From Collinsella sp. (lineage in GTDB: Bacteria > Actinomycetota > Coriobacteriia > Coriobacteriales > Coriobacteriaceae), in contig JAUMOL010000023.1 of NCBI GenBank assembly GCA_031295385.1, positions 230 to 64,229 of the forward strand: a DNA stretch of 64,000 nt, read 5' to 3'. The notes below the pieces were generated by a model, which searched no databases, had not been told where the DNA came from, and saw nothing but the letters and a program-made list of their open reading frames with translations. A program made the translations under genes and the position numbers. Positions within the stretch are counted from its first letter, which is position 1. Every line of letters begins with the position of its first letter. Below are positions 55,098 through 64,000 of the stretch, in pieces.

Positions 55098-57347
55098 TTA
55101 CGCATCCTTGCCAGATGCTTTAACAGCGCCTGCCTTAGCCTTGGGAGCAGCCTTTTTGGTGGCTGCCTTCTTGGCCGTGGTGGACTTGGCAGAAGCCTTG
55201 GCAGCCTTCGCCTTAGCCGGAGCCTTTTTAGCGGCCGCGGCCTTGGGCTTCACCGAGAACGTGCGCTTGCGCGTCGCCTTCTTGGGCTCCTCAACCACCG
55301 GCGGCTTGTAGCTGCTGGGACCGCGGCGCTTAAGCACCACGCCTGCCAGGCCGGGCACCTTAATCTCAATGGAGTCCATCTGCCCGTTCCAGGGATAGGG
55401 CTCGCTCGAGCAGGTGTAGGGCTCCTCGCCGGCATAGCCGCTGCCGCCAAACTCGGGTCGGTCGGAGTCGAAGATGACCTCCCAGTCGCCCTCGCGAGGC
55501 ACGCCCACGCGGAAGCTCTCGTAGCTCGCCGGGTCAAAGTTGATCAAGATCACCAGGTCGTCGTCGATGTCCTCGCCCTGGCGCACAAAGCTCACGATGG
55601 ATTGCTTGGAGTTGTCCGCATCGACCCAGGTAAAGCCGTCGTCGGTGTAGCCGCGCTCGTACAGGGCGGGCTCGGCGGTGTACAGGTGGTTGAGCGCCTT
55701 GATAAACGCCTGATGATGCTTGTGAGTCTCGTACTCCTCGGTCAGGAACCACTGGATGGACTCGTAGTAGCGCCACTCAATAAACTGGCCGATCTCGTTG
55801 CCCATAAAGTTGAGCTTGGCACCGGGATGCGTCATCTGGTAGAAGGCGAGCGTGCGCAGGCCGGCAAACTGGCGCCACCAGTCGCCCGGCATGCGGCCGA
55901 TGAGCGAGCACTTGCCGTGCACGACCTCGTCGTGGCTCAGCGGACAGATAAAGTTCTCGGTAAAGGCATACATAATGGAGAACGTGAGCAGGCCGTGGTT
56001 GCCGGGGCGCCACGGAAAATCGGTCTGCATGTAGTGCAGGGTGTCGTTCATCCAGCCCATGTCCCACTTGTAGTGGAAGCCCAGGCCGCCGTCCTGCGGC
56101 GGATAGGTCACGAGCGGCCACGCGGTGGACTCCTCGGCCATCATCATCACGTCGGGGTAGTGCGCCTCTACAGCGCAGTTGACCTGACGGATAAACGCGC
56201 TGGCGTCCAGGTCCTCCTCGGTACCGTACTTGTTGAACTTCTTTTGGCCCGGATCGTCGATGCCAAAGTTGAGGTACAGCATGCTGGACACGCCGTCCAT
56301 GCGAATGCCGTCCACGTGGAAGTTCTCGAGCCAGTACAGCACGTTAGAGACCAGGAAGGAGCGGACCTCGCCGCGGGCGAAGTCGAACTTGTGCGTGCCC
56401 CAGTTGGGGTGAATCTCGTGCTCAAACAGCATGTGGCCGTTAAAGGTGGCAAGGCCGTGGGAGTCGGCGCAAAAACCGCCGGGCACCCAGTCCATGATCA
56501 CACCGATGCCCGCCTCGTGGCACGCATCGATAAAGTGCATGAGCTGCTGTGGGTTGCCATAGCGCGACGTTGCAGCATAGTAGCCAGTCGTCTGGTAGCC
56601 CCAGGAGCCATCGAAGGGATGCTCCATAAGCGGCATGACCTCGATATGCGTGTAGCCCATGTCGCGCACGTAGTCCACGAGCTCCACCGACAGGTCGTCG
56701 TAGGTGTAAAACTCGCCGCGCTGCGCGGGGAAGGGATCCATGGGGCCGGGGTAGTTGCCGTACTCGTCCGGCTCGCCCTGCGGTGCGTCGCCGTGGCGCT
56801 TCCACGAGCCAATGTGCACCTCGTAGATGTTAAGGGGCTGCGACATGTGGTTATGGCTCGCACGGCGCTTAAGCCACGCGGCGTCGTTCCACTGGTAGCC
56901 ATCGAGGGTCCACAGCACGCTGGCGGTACCCGGAGGGCACTCGGCCTTAAAGGCGTACGGATCGGCCTTATAGAGCTTTTTGCCCTCGTTGGTCTCGATA
57001 AGGTACTTATAGAGCTGACCCTGCTCGGCACCAGGAATAAAGCCTTCCCAAATAGCGCTTGTATGCATGGGCACCAGCGGGTTGGCTTGCTCATCCCAGT
57101 CGTTAAATTCGCCAATGACGTGGACGCTCTTTACGTCGGGCGCCCAAACGCAAAAGCGCCAGCCACGCGTACGGTTCTGCGTGTCGGGGTGCGCGCCCAT
57201 CTTTTCCCAGCTGCGCTCCCATGTGCCGATGCCAAACAGGTAGACATCGTCCTTGGTGAGCTCCGGTGCATGCGGGGCGGCTTTACGGGTGGCGGGCTTT
57301 TTGGTTGCTGGCTTTAGCTTTGTATCGCTCACGTTTGATCCCATCAT
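55098..57347 (-). CDS. glgB: 1,4-alpha-glucan branching enzyme with a Lys/Ala-rich C-terminal tail (and a basic N-terminal extension)
   Basis: GH13 branching-enzyme regions: IMDWVPGGF, GIRMDGV, MMAEEST. Tail: KPKAAAAKKAPAKAKAAKASAKSTTAKKAATKKAAPKAKA. The start is uncertain (ATG 57347/57344; ORF opens at TTG 57392). Confidence 0.9.
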   Translation of the reverse strand: MMGSNVSDTKLKPATKKPATRKAAPHAPELTKDDVYLFGIGTWERSWEKMGAHPDTQNRTRGWRFCVWAPDVKSVHVIGEFNDWDEQANPLVPMHTSAIWEGFIPGAEQGQLYKYLIETNEGKKLYKADPYAFKAECPPGTASVLWTLDGYQWNDAAWLKRRASHNHMSQPLNIYEVHIGSWKRHGDAPQGEPDEYGNYPGPMDPFPAQRGEFYTYDDLSVELVDYVRDMGYTHIEVMPLMEHPFDGSWGYQTTGYYAATSRYGNPQQLMHFIDACHEAGIGVIMDWVPGGFCADSHGLATFNGHMLFEHEIHPNWGTHKFDFARGEVRSFLVSNVLYWLENFHVDGIRMDGVSSMLYLNFGIDDPGQKKFNKYGTEEDLDASAFIRQVNCAVEAHYPDVMMMAEESTAWPLVTYPPQDGGLGFHYKWDMGWMNDTLHYMQTDFPWRPGNHGLLTFSIMYAFTENFICPLSHDEVVHGKCSLIGRMPGDWWRQFAGLRTLAFYQMTHPGAKLNFMGNEIGQFIEWRYYESIQWFLTEEYETHKHHQAFIKALNHLYTAEPALYERGYTDDGFTWVDADNSKQSIVSFVRQGEDIDDDLVILINFDPASYESFRVGVPREGDWEVIFDSDRPEFGGSGYAGEEPYTCSSEPYPWNGQMDSIEIKVPGLAGVVLKRRGPSSYKPPVVEEPKKATRKRTFSVKPKAAAAKKAPAKAKAAKASAKSTTAKKAATKKAAPKAKAGAVKASGKDA

Positions 57348-57568
57348 GACGCGGCAGCGTGTTGCCTTGGTGACTAGATGCGAAAGGTCCAAGGCTGCAC
57401 GAATCGAAGGGACGGCGATAGTTCTATGATTCGTTCCACCTCGCGTGCTCGGTGGAACTTTCGGCAGAAACTACGATAACACCTGTACGTTAGTTTTATG
57501 GACGAAAGCGGATTTGCGGGGGTGTTTAATCGGTAAGCGACATGTTTATACCACTGGCAGAATTGCAA

Positions 57569-57656
57569 TGGTAAAACCCTTGACAGTTTTACCAATTAGG
57601 GTTTCAAAACTGATAGACTTACGTTTGGTAAAACGTTTTTAGCAGGTTGTTTACCA
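57569..57656. promoter_or_regulatory. Two TGGTAAAAC / GTTT(T)ACCA inverted-repeat pairs in the glgB / HAD divergent promoter region
   Basis: TGGTAAAAC(57569)-CCTTGACA-GTTTTACCA(57586) and TGGTAAAAC(57626)-N13-TGTTTACCA(57648). The first spacer contains TTGACA. Confidence 0.5.
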
Positions 57657-57678
57657 TTTGACATCGAAAGGTTCGTTT

Positions 57679-58368
57679 ATGTCCCATACCGCCGCTCCCA
57701 AGGTTGCTTTTATTTTCGATTGCGACGGCACGCTAGTTAATAGCACCCCCGTTTGGGCCTATGCCCAGCCCGAGTTATTGCACCGCCACGGAGTTGATGT
57801 GACGGTCGACGATTTTGCCCAGTTTGAGCATTTGTCGCTGGAGGCTGAGTGCCAGGCCTACCACGACACCTGGGGCATTGGCGCGAATGGCGAGGAGCTG
57901 TACCGCGAGCTGAGCAATATTCTGATTGATGGGTACTCCAAGGTGCCGCCGCGCAAGGGTCTCCTGGCATTTTTGGAGCAGGCGAAGGCGGCAGGCATTG
58001 CCATGTGCGTGGCTACGTCCACGCCGGCTGAGCTGGTGCAGTCCGCGCTCGCTGGTGCCGGGCTCGACGCTTACATGGAGTTTGTTACCACCACGGGCGA
58101 GGCAGGACGCTCCAAACAGTTCCCCGATGTGTACGAGCTGGCGCTGCGCCGCCTGGAGGAGCGCCACGGGTGTAAATTTGAGCGTGCATGGGTGTTTGAG
58201 GACGCCGTCTTTGGCCTTAAGAGCTCTGGCACTGCCGGCTTTAAGCGCGTGGGCGTCTATGACCCGCACGGCCGTATGAAGCGCGACGAGGTTCGTGACA
58301 ACTGCGAAATCTTTATCGATAGCTATGAGGACCTGGATCTGGCCCGCGTGCTTGCGTTTGAGGAATAG
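57679..58368 (+). CDS. HAD-superfamily hydrolase (beta-phosphoglucomutase/phosphatase-like)
   Basis: Motif FIFDCDGTLVNS (DxDGT). Cap-domain helices and a C-terminal FEDA..G motif. Confidence 0.8.
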   Translation: MSHTAAPKVAFIFDCDGTLVNSTPVWAYAQPELLHRHGVDVTVDDFAQFEHLSLEAECQAYHDTWGIGANGEELYRELSNILIDGYSKVPPRKGLLAFLEQAKAAGIAMCVATSTPAELVQSALAGAGLDAYMEFVTTTGEAGRSKQFPDVYELALRRLEERHGCKFERAWVFEDAVFGLKSSGTAGFKRVGVYDPHGRMKRDEVRDNCEIFIDSYEDLDLARVLAFEE

Positions 58369-58377
58369 GCGAGAGCT

Positions 58378-59019
58378 GTGGCTTGCAAGGTATTGGTGGT
58401 CTGCGGTTCGCCCGTGGTTGCGAGCGCGGATCTGCTGCGTCGGCTGGCAGGGGAGTGCGACCACGTTGTCGCTGTGGACCGCGGGCTCGACGCGCTGCTG
58501 GGTGCGGGGCTGGGTTGCGACGTGTATGTAGGAGATGCCGACACGGTGAGCGACGCCGGCCGCGCGTTGGTCGATGCCGCCGAAGCCTTTGAGGTAGAGC
58601 GCCATAGCCCCTACAAGGACTATACCGATCTGGCGCTGGCGCTCGATTCCGTCCGCCGCCGCTGGCCGGGTGCCGAAGTGGTTGCGACCTGCGCCACCGA
58701 CGGCCGTCCGGACATGGCCTTGTCCGTACTAGGGTTGCTCGCGGGCTACGAGGGCGCCCCAGTCTGGATTGCCGAGGACAAGGTGGTCGCCCGTATTCTT
58801 CACGCAGACGAGTCGTGGACCATCGAAGGTGCCGAAGGCAAGACGTTCTCCATCATCGCCATAGCCCCTGGGACGGTGGTAAGCGAATACGGCCTAGAAT
58901 GGGAGCTAGATCACAGCCCCTTGGGCCTGTTGGCCGATACGGGCATTAGCAACGTCGTCAGGTCAACAGCCACGATCCAAGTCCACACCGGCACCGCCAT
59001 CGCTTACCTATATCAATAG
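58378..59019 (+). CDS. thiN: Thiamine pyrophosphokinase
   Basis: GTG start. Motifs VGDADTVS (GDxDS-like), PYKDYTDLALAL, TDGRPDMALSVLGLL and GISNV. Confidence 0.6.
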   Translation: MACKVLVVCGSPVVASADLLRRLAGECDHVVAVDRGLDALLGAGLGCDVYVGDADTVSDAGRALVDAAEAFEVERHSPYKDYTDLALALDSVRRRWPGAEVVATCATDGRPDMALSVLGLLAGYEGAPVWIAEDKVVARILHADESWTIEGAEGKTFSIIAIAPGTVVSEYGLEWELDHSPLGLLADTGISNVVRSTATIQVHTGTAIAYLYQ

Positions 59020-59047
59020 GCATTTAGAGTCTGACCCAAAAAAGTCC

Positions 59048-59076
59048 TTGCACGCCGCGCCAACTTCCCCTATAGT
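59048..59076 (+). promoter_or_regulatory. Promoter for tRNA-Ala
   Basis: TTGCAC, a 17-nt spacer, then TATAGT, 14 nt upstream of the tRNA 5' end. Confidence 0.6.
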
Positions 59077-59089
59077 ATCTCCACGTCAC

Positions 59090-59165
59090 GGGGGCGTAGC
59101 TCAGCTGGGAGAGCGCTTGACTGGCAGTCAAGAGGTCAGGGGTTCGATCCCCCTCGTCTCCACCA
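59090..59165 (+). tRNA. tRNA-Ala (anticodon GGC), CCA encoded
   Basis: 76 nt. Acceptor stem GGGGGCG with G3:U70, anticodon stem CTTGA/TCAAG with loop CTGGCAG, and T-arm GGTTCGATCC. Confidence 0.9.
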
Positions 59166-59176
59166 CCGTGAATGCA

Positions 59177-59205
59177 AAAGCCTTCGGTATCCCGAAGGCT
59201 TTTTT
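59177..59205 (+). terminator. Rho-independent terminator after tRNA-Ala
   Basis: Stem GCCTTCGG/CCGAAGGC with loop TATC, followed by TTTTTT. Confidence 0.9.
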
Positions 59206-59927
59206 CATGCCAAAATTCCCCGCGCACATATCCTCAGCTACGCAAACAAAAAGTTGCACAATTTATTTCCCATGTCTGTACATAGTTTGTTAGACAAACG
59301 CGATTATCAGTGTAGATCACTGTTCCATTTGGGTTTCAGGAACGCTCCCAATTATTGCCAGCACCCCAATAACCTGCGTCAACATGAACAACATCCCAAA
59401 ACAACCTCCTTAAGCACGTCAAATGAACGATATGTTGTCCAACGCAGCCTAAATCAGTTTCACTAACAGCTTGTGCTAGGATATCTAACGTTACATGAGT
59501 TCAACTGTGCTCACGGCTCCAGCAAGCCACAAAGCGCAGGGTCGATCAGCATCCGGCCGTAACGGCGGTGCCAGAAACACCACGAGCTCCAATAAAGAAG
59601 TCATGCGACGTTATTTATTTGCATTGACGTAATTACAAAGTGCATTTAGTAGCTTGTATGCCAATACGTAGCAGTCCTTTAGCTGTTTGCGTGCGGTCCA
59701 GTTTTGTACCCGCTTGACTGGCTCGCACGCAGTCAGCTGGGGATGCGGTCTTTTGCGATACACGTCCGCGTCTCCTGCAACTGCATTTGTACATACCGTT
59801 CACGGTGGGGCAGAGCCACGCGCTTGTCTGACTGGGCTCAGGGTTTGAATATGGAGCGCCTTCGCGCATGAGCGCCCTGGCGAAGCCATACCCAAACCCC
59901 GTGAGCCACACGTAAGACAGCAAGGGG

Positions 59928-60482
59928 GTGGTGCTCGTGTGGTATGTGATCCAGGTCATTAACGGTCGCGAAGACGTAATGCGCGAGCGCATCGAGCGCA
60001 TGGTGCCGGCGAGTGCCATGCAAGAGCTCTTTTATCCCCAATATCAAACCGAGATCAAGGTACACGGCGAATGGGTCAATACGACTAAGCCGCTCTTTCC
60101 CGGTTATCTTATCTGCGATACGGCAGATCCCCGTACCGTGCAACATTATCTGCTGCGCATAGACGACTTTGCCCGGGTACTTGCCCAGGACGGTCAGTTT
60201 GTGCCGCTGGCAAAAGAAGAGGTCTAGCTTATTGGCGGCTTTACGCATAGGGGAGACCGCGTAGTGCCCATGAGCGAGGCCCTAAAAGACGGCGACCAGG
60301 TGGTAGTGACGGCAGGTCCGCTGCTGGGCCACGAAGGCCTTATCAAAACCATTAACAGACGCAAGAGCACTGCTTATTTGGAGTTCGACCTGTGCGGCCG
60401 ACGCGTAACAACGCGCGTTGGCCTTGCTGTGCTTACGGCCGAGCAGCGCGTAATGCGAAACCTTAAAAAGGCGATCGCCTAG
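59928..60482 (+). pseudogene. NusG-family specialised paralogue (LoaP/UpxY/RfaH-like) interrupted by one in-frame TAG (60225..60227)
   Basis: NGN part: WYVIQV...PLFPGYL (59928..60224). KOW part: GDQVVVTAGPLLGHEGLIKTINRRK (60264..60482). Both are in the same frame and separated only by TAG. Confidence 0.7.
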
Positions 60483-60551
60483 TTGCAGGCGATCGCTACA
60501 CAGAACAGGGAGGATCCCCGACCCGGGGACGAAGTCTTGGAAGAAAACGTG

Positions 60552-61298
60552 TCGGATAAAACTCAATTTGCAACGGATGCGCCTGCGGGGGCAGCGCTCA
60601 TTGCTCAGGCCATGGAACGACGCGAGGGCGCCGGCCGCTACAAGGCCATGCAGTCCATCATGGACTGGGATCGTTCGCGTTTGGTCTACCGCGCCGTTAA
60701 GCGCGCCTTTGACGTCGTGTTCAGCGGCTGCGTGCTGGCCGTCATCGCCGTTCCCAGCCTTGTGCTTGCCGCCGCCATTCGTCTTGAAAGCGAAGGCAAC
60801 CCCTTCTACAGCCAGATCCGCGTGGGCCAGACCCGCCCCGACGGCAGCCTGACCACGTTCCGCATGTGGAAGTTCCGCTCCATGTACAGGGACGCCGACG
60901 AGCGCCTCGCCGAGCTCAAGGAGCGCAACGAGATCGCCGGAGCCATGTTCAAGATGAAGGAGGACCCGCGCGTCACCAAGATCGGAAAGTTCATCCGCAA
61001 GCACTCCATCGACGAGTTCCCGCAGTTCTTGAACGTGTTCCTGGGCCAGATGTCTGTCGTCGGCCCGCGCCCGCCGCTGCCCAACGAGGTCGCGGAGTAC
61101 ACCGAGTATGACCTGCAGAGGCTAGCGGTGAAGCCAGGTATTACGGGGCTCTGGCAGGTGACGGAGCGAAACTCCACCGGGTTCGACGGCATGGTCCGCC
61201 GGGACCTCGAGTACATAGCCAAGCGCGGAGTCATCACGGACTTCAAGATCATCCTCCTAACGGTTCTGGAGGTCTTTAACGGGAGCGATGCGTACTAA
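60552..61298 (+). CDS. Polyprenyl-phosphate sugar-phosphate transferase (bacterial sugar transferase family, priming enzyme)
   Basis: Motifs KFRSM, PRVTKIGKFIRKHSIDEFPQFLNV and VVGPRP. The start is uncertain (GTG 60552, ATG 60612; ORF opens at 60483). Confidence 0.85.
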   Translation, partial: SDKTQFATDAPAGAALIAQAMERREGAGRYKAMQSIMDWDRSRLVYRAVKRAFDVVFSGCVLAVIAVPSLVLAAAIRLESEGNPFYSQIRVGQTRPDGSLTTFRMWKFRSMYRDADERLAELKERNEIAGAMFKMKEDPRVTKIGKFIRKHSIDEFPQFLNVFLGQMSVVGPRPPLPNEVAEYTEYDLQRLAVKPGITGLWQVTERNSTGFDGMVRRDLEYIAKRGVITDFKIILLTVLEVFNGSDAY

Positions 61299-62464
61299 TG
61301 CAGCATGTTTTCATCATCGGATCCAAGGGAATTCCGGCAAACTACGGCGGTTACGAGACGTTCGTGGAGAAACTGACCGAGAATCAGGTATTGCCCGACA
61401 TCAAGTACCACGTGGCGTGCGCTGTGGACTCCGCCGAGGAGGTCGGCGAGTTCGAGCACAACGGAGCGCATTGCTTCAAGGTACTACGCAGGCCCGTCGG
61501 AGCCGCTAGGGCGATCTTCTACGACATAGACGCCCTCAAGTGGTGCACCGCCTATATCGAGAATAACCGTGTCGAGCACCCCATCGTCTACGTGCTGGCC
61601 TGTCGCATCGGACCGTTTTTCGGAAAGTACGTAAAGATGATCCACGCCCTTGGTGGCAAGGTCTTCGTGAACCCCGACGGCCACGAGTGGAAGCGCGCCA
61701 AGTGGAGCGCGCCCGTCCGCAGGTACTGGAAAGTCTCGGAGCGCGGGATGGTCAAGCACGCCGACCTGATGGTGTGCGACTCCAAGAACATCGAGAAGTA
61801 CATTCGAGGGGAGTATGCCGACCTGCACCCCGAGACGACCTTCATCGCCTACGGGGCCGACATCAGGCACTCAGCGCTCGCGGACGACGACCCCAAGTTC
61901 ACTGGATGGCTCTCCGAGAAGGGCCTCAAGCCCTTCGGCTACTACCTGGTCGTGGGACGCTTCGTGCCCGAGAACAACTACGAGACCATGATCCGGGAGT
62001 TCATGGCTTCCGACTCCAAGCGGGATTTCGCGCTCGTGACGGGAGTGGACGACTCCTTCCTCGCGGAGCTCGAGCGGAAGACGCACTTCAAGTCCGACCC
62101 ACGCATCAAGTTCGTCGGGACCGTCTACGACCAGGAGCTCCTGAAGAAGATCCGTGAGCAGGCTTACGGCTACTTCCACGGCCATGAGGTCGGGGGTACC
62201 AATCCGAGCCTCCTGGAGGCGCTGGCGTCCACGCGCCTCAACCTCCTTCTCGACGTCGGTTTCAACCGCGAGGTCGCTGAGGACTCGGCCCTGTATTGGA
62301 GCAAGGAATCCGGAGACTTGGCTGAACTTATCAATAGCGCCGACGTGATGGATTGGAAGTCGATCGAGGAGCTCGATACGGCATCGACCTCCGTTATCCG
62401 CGACCGGTATTCGTGGCGGTCCATCACTGACAGCTACGAAGACCTTTTCCTCGGAAGGAGATAA
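61298..62464 (+). CDS. Glycosyltransferase, DUF1972 N-domain + GT1/GT4 C-domain (WchF/RgpA-like, probable rhamnosyltransferase)
   Basis: N-terminus MQHVFIIGSKGIPANYGGYETFVE. C-terminal motif HEVGGTNPSLLEAL. TAATG overlap with the upstream gene. Confidence 0.75.
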   Translation: MQHVFIIGSKGIPANYGGYETFVEKLTENQVLPDIKYHVACAVDSAEEVGEFEHNGAHCFKVLRRPVGAARAIFYDIDALKWCTAYIENNRVEHPIVYVLACRIGPFFGKYVKMIHALGGKVFVNPDGHEWKRAKWSAPVRRYWKVSERGMVKHADLMVCDSKNIEKYIRGEYADLHPETTFIAYGADIRHSALADDDPKFTGWLSEKGLKPFGYYLVVGRFVPENNYETMIREFMASDSKRDFALVTGVDDSFLAELERKTHFKSDPRIKFVGTVYDQELLKKIREQAYGYFHGHEVGGTNPSLLEALASTRLNLLLDVGFNREVAEDSALYWSKESGDLAELINSADVMDWKSIEELDTASTSVIRDRYSWRSITDSYEDLFLGRR

Positions 62465-62467
62465 CCA

Positions 62468-63367
62468 GTGAAAGGCATCATCCTCGCAGGCGGGTCCGGC
62501 ACGCGCCTGTACCCGCTCACGCTCGTGACCTCCAAGCAGCTGCTGCCGGTCTACGACAAGCCCATGATCTACTACCCGCTGTCCACCCTCATGCTTGCGG
62601 GCATCCGGGACATCCTGGTCATCTCCACGCCGACCGACCTGCCCAACTTCGAGCGCCTGCTCGGGGACGGCTCGCGCTACGGCGTCAACCTGTCCTACGC
62701 CGAGCAGCCGAGCCCGGACGGCCTGGCCCAGGCCTTCACCATCGGCGAGGAGTTCATCGCCGGCGAGCCGTGCGCCCTGGTGCTCGGGGACAACATCTTC
62801 TACGGAAACGGCCTGTCGCGCCACCTGACGCGCGCCGTCCAGAACGCCGAGTCGGGCCGCGCCACGGTCTTCGGCTACCACGTGGACGACCCCGAGCGCT
62901 TCGGCGTCGTGGAGTTCGATGCGCAGGGCCGTGCCGTCTCCATCGAGGAGAAGCCCGCCGAGCCCAAGAGCTCCTACGCGGTCACCGGCCTGTACTTCTA
63001 CCCGGGCGACGTCGCCGCCAAGGCGCATGAGGTTAAGCCGTCGGCCCGCGGCGAGCTGGAGATCACCACGCTCAACCAGATGTACCTGGAGGAGGGGACG
63101 CTGTCCGTCGTGACGCTGGGCCGCGGCTACGCGTGGCTGGACACCGGCACCATGGAGAGCCTCCACGAGGCGGCGGAGTTCGTCCGCGCCGTGGAGCACT
63201 CCCAGGACCTGCCGGTGTCCGTCCCCGAGGAGATCGCCTGGGAGAACGGCTGGATCACGACCGCCGAGCTTGAGGAGGCCGCGAAGGCCTACGGCAAGTC
63301 GGTCTACGGCCGGCACCTGAAGAAGGTCGCCGCCGGCGAGATCGTCAACAGCCCGCGCGAGTACTAG
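62468..63367 (+). CDS. rfbA: Glucose-1-phosphate thymidylyltransferase
   Basis: GTG start after GGAAGGAG. Motif [16 protein letters not shown]. Confidence 0.95.
   Translation: MKGIILAGGSGTRLYPLTLVTSKQLLPVYDKPMIYYPLSTLMLAGIRDILVISTPTDLPNFERLLGDGSRYGVNLSYAEQPSPDGLAQAFTIGEEFIAGEPCALVLGDNIFYGNGLSRHLTRAVQNAESGRATVFGYHVDDPERFGVVEFDAQGRAVSIEEKPAEPKSSYAVTGLYFYPGDVAAKAHEVKPSARGELEITTLNQMYLEEGTLSVVTLGRGYAWLDTGTMESLHEAAEFVRAVEHSQDLPVSVPEEIAWENGWITTAELEEAAKAYGKSVYGRHLKKVAAGEIVNSPREY

Positions 63368-64000
<633 letters not shown>

Noticed and set aside
55083-57317. 744-aa plus-strand ORF antisense to glgB. Similar long antisense ORFs lie at 52397..54160, 48640..50127, 45302..47320, 36399..38012, 32766..34421, 30757..32046, 18107..19483 and 17371..18516.
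   Set aside because: All of them mirror well-supported genes on the other strand. They have biased V/A/G/R/L/D composition, lack RBS and motifs, and arise from stop-codon paucity in GC-rich DNA.
59048-59293. 81-aa ORF overlapping tRNA-Ala
   Set aside because: It is fully explained by the tRNA gene and its terminator.
59564-59570. GGCGGTG in the polysaccharide leader as an ops/JUMPstart-like element (GGCGGTAG)
   Set aside because: It is a 7-mer with one mismatch in GC-rich DNA, so it is expected by chance. ops is an RfaH-specific enterobacterial signal.
59206-59927. A prophage or integrative-element remnant next to tRNA-Ala, including ORFs 59254..59466, 59633..60019 and 59838..60248
   Set aside because: There is no integrase or recombinase similarity and no visible duplication of the tRNA 3' end. 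The ORFs have odd composition and no RBS, and the last two overlap the NusG-like gene in antisense.
60225-60227. The in-frame TAG as a pyrrolysine codon
   Set aside because: No pylTSBCD genes or methylamine methyltransferases are in the window. Other genes here terminate at TAG (cbiF, the cbiL remnant, cobD, the permease at 6886). A nonsense mutation or sequencing error is more parsimonious.

Overview
High-GC (eyeball about 60-65%) chromosomal segment from a Gram-positive bacterium. The protein gestalt suggests Actinomycetota, possibly Coriobacteriia, but this is inference only. No rRNA genes, CRISPR arrays, transposases, integrases or recognisable defence genes are visible. Content in order: (1) cca, tRNA-Glu, a membrane protein, a TetR regulator and a radical-SAM/SPASM gene. 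(2) A minus-strand operon behind a probable cobalamin riboswitch. It encodes a Tat-lipoprotein CbiK-like chelatase, two lipoproteins sharing a paralogous module, and a FecCD/BtuCD-type importer whose ATPase has an extra C-terminal domain. This is my best candidate for an undescribed system. (3) A divergent, translationally coupled 17-ORF anaerobic-type cobalamin operon (cbiF to cbiJ) with an internally deleted cbiL remnant and a degenerate CobU-like domain fused to CobC. (4) A MacAB-like efflux trio, an L,D-transpeptidase, sdaA, metK, gltX, priA, def, fmt, rsmB and an FmdB zinc-ribbon gene. (5) A glycogen block (GH13-GH77 fusion, glgA, glgD, glgC, glgP, glgB) in which GlgA and GlgB carry Lys/Ala/Thr-rich tails. 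Its two promoter regions share a TGGTAAAAC motif. (6) A HAD hydrolase, thiamine pyrophosphokinase and tRNA-Ala, then a long low-GC leader and a rhamnose-polysaccharide locus headed by a NusG paralogue with one in-frame TAG. Intergenic DNA also holds a 68-bp inverted-repeat element family and three unrelated 90-120-bp long hairpins. Most long antisense ORFs in the track are high-GC shadow ORFs.
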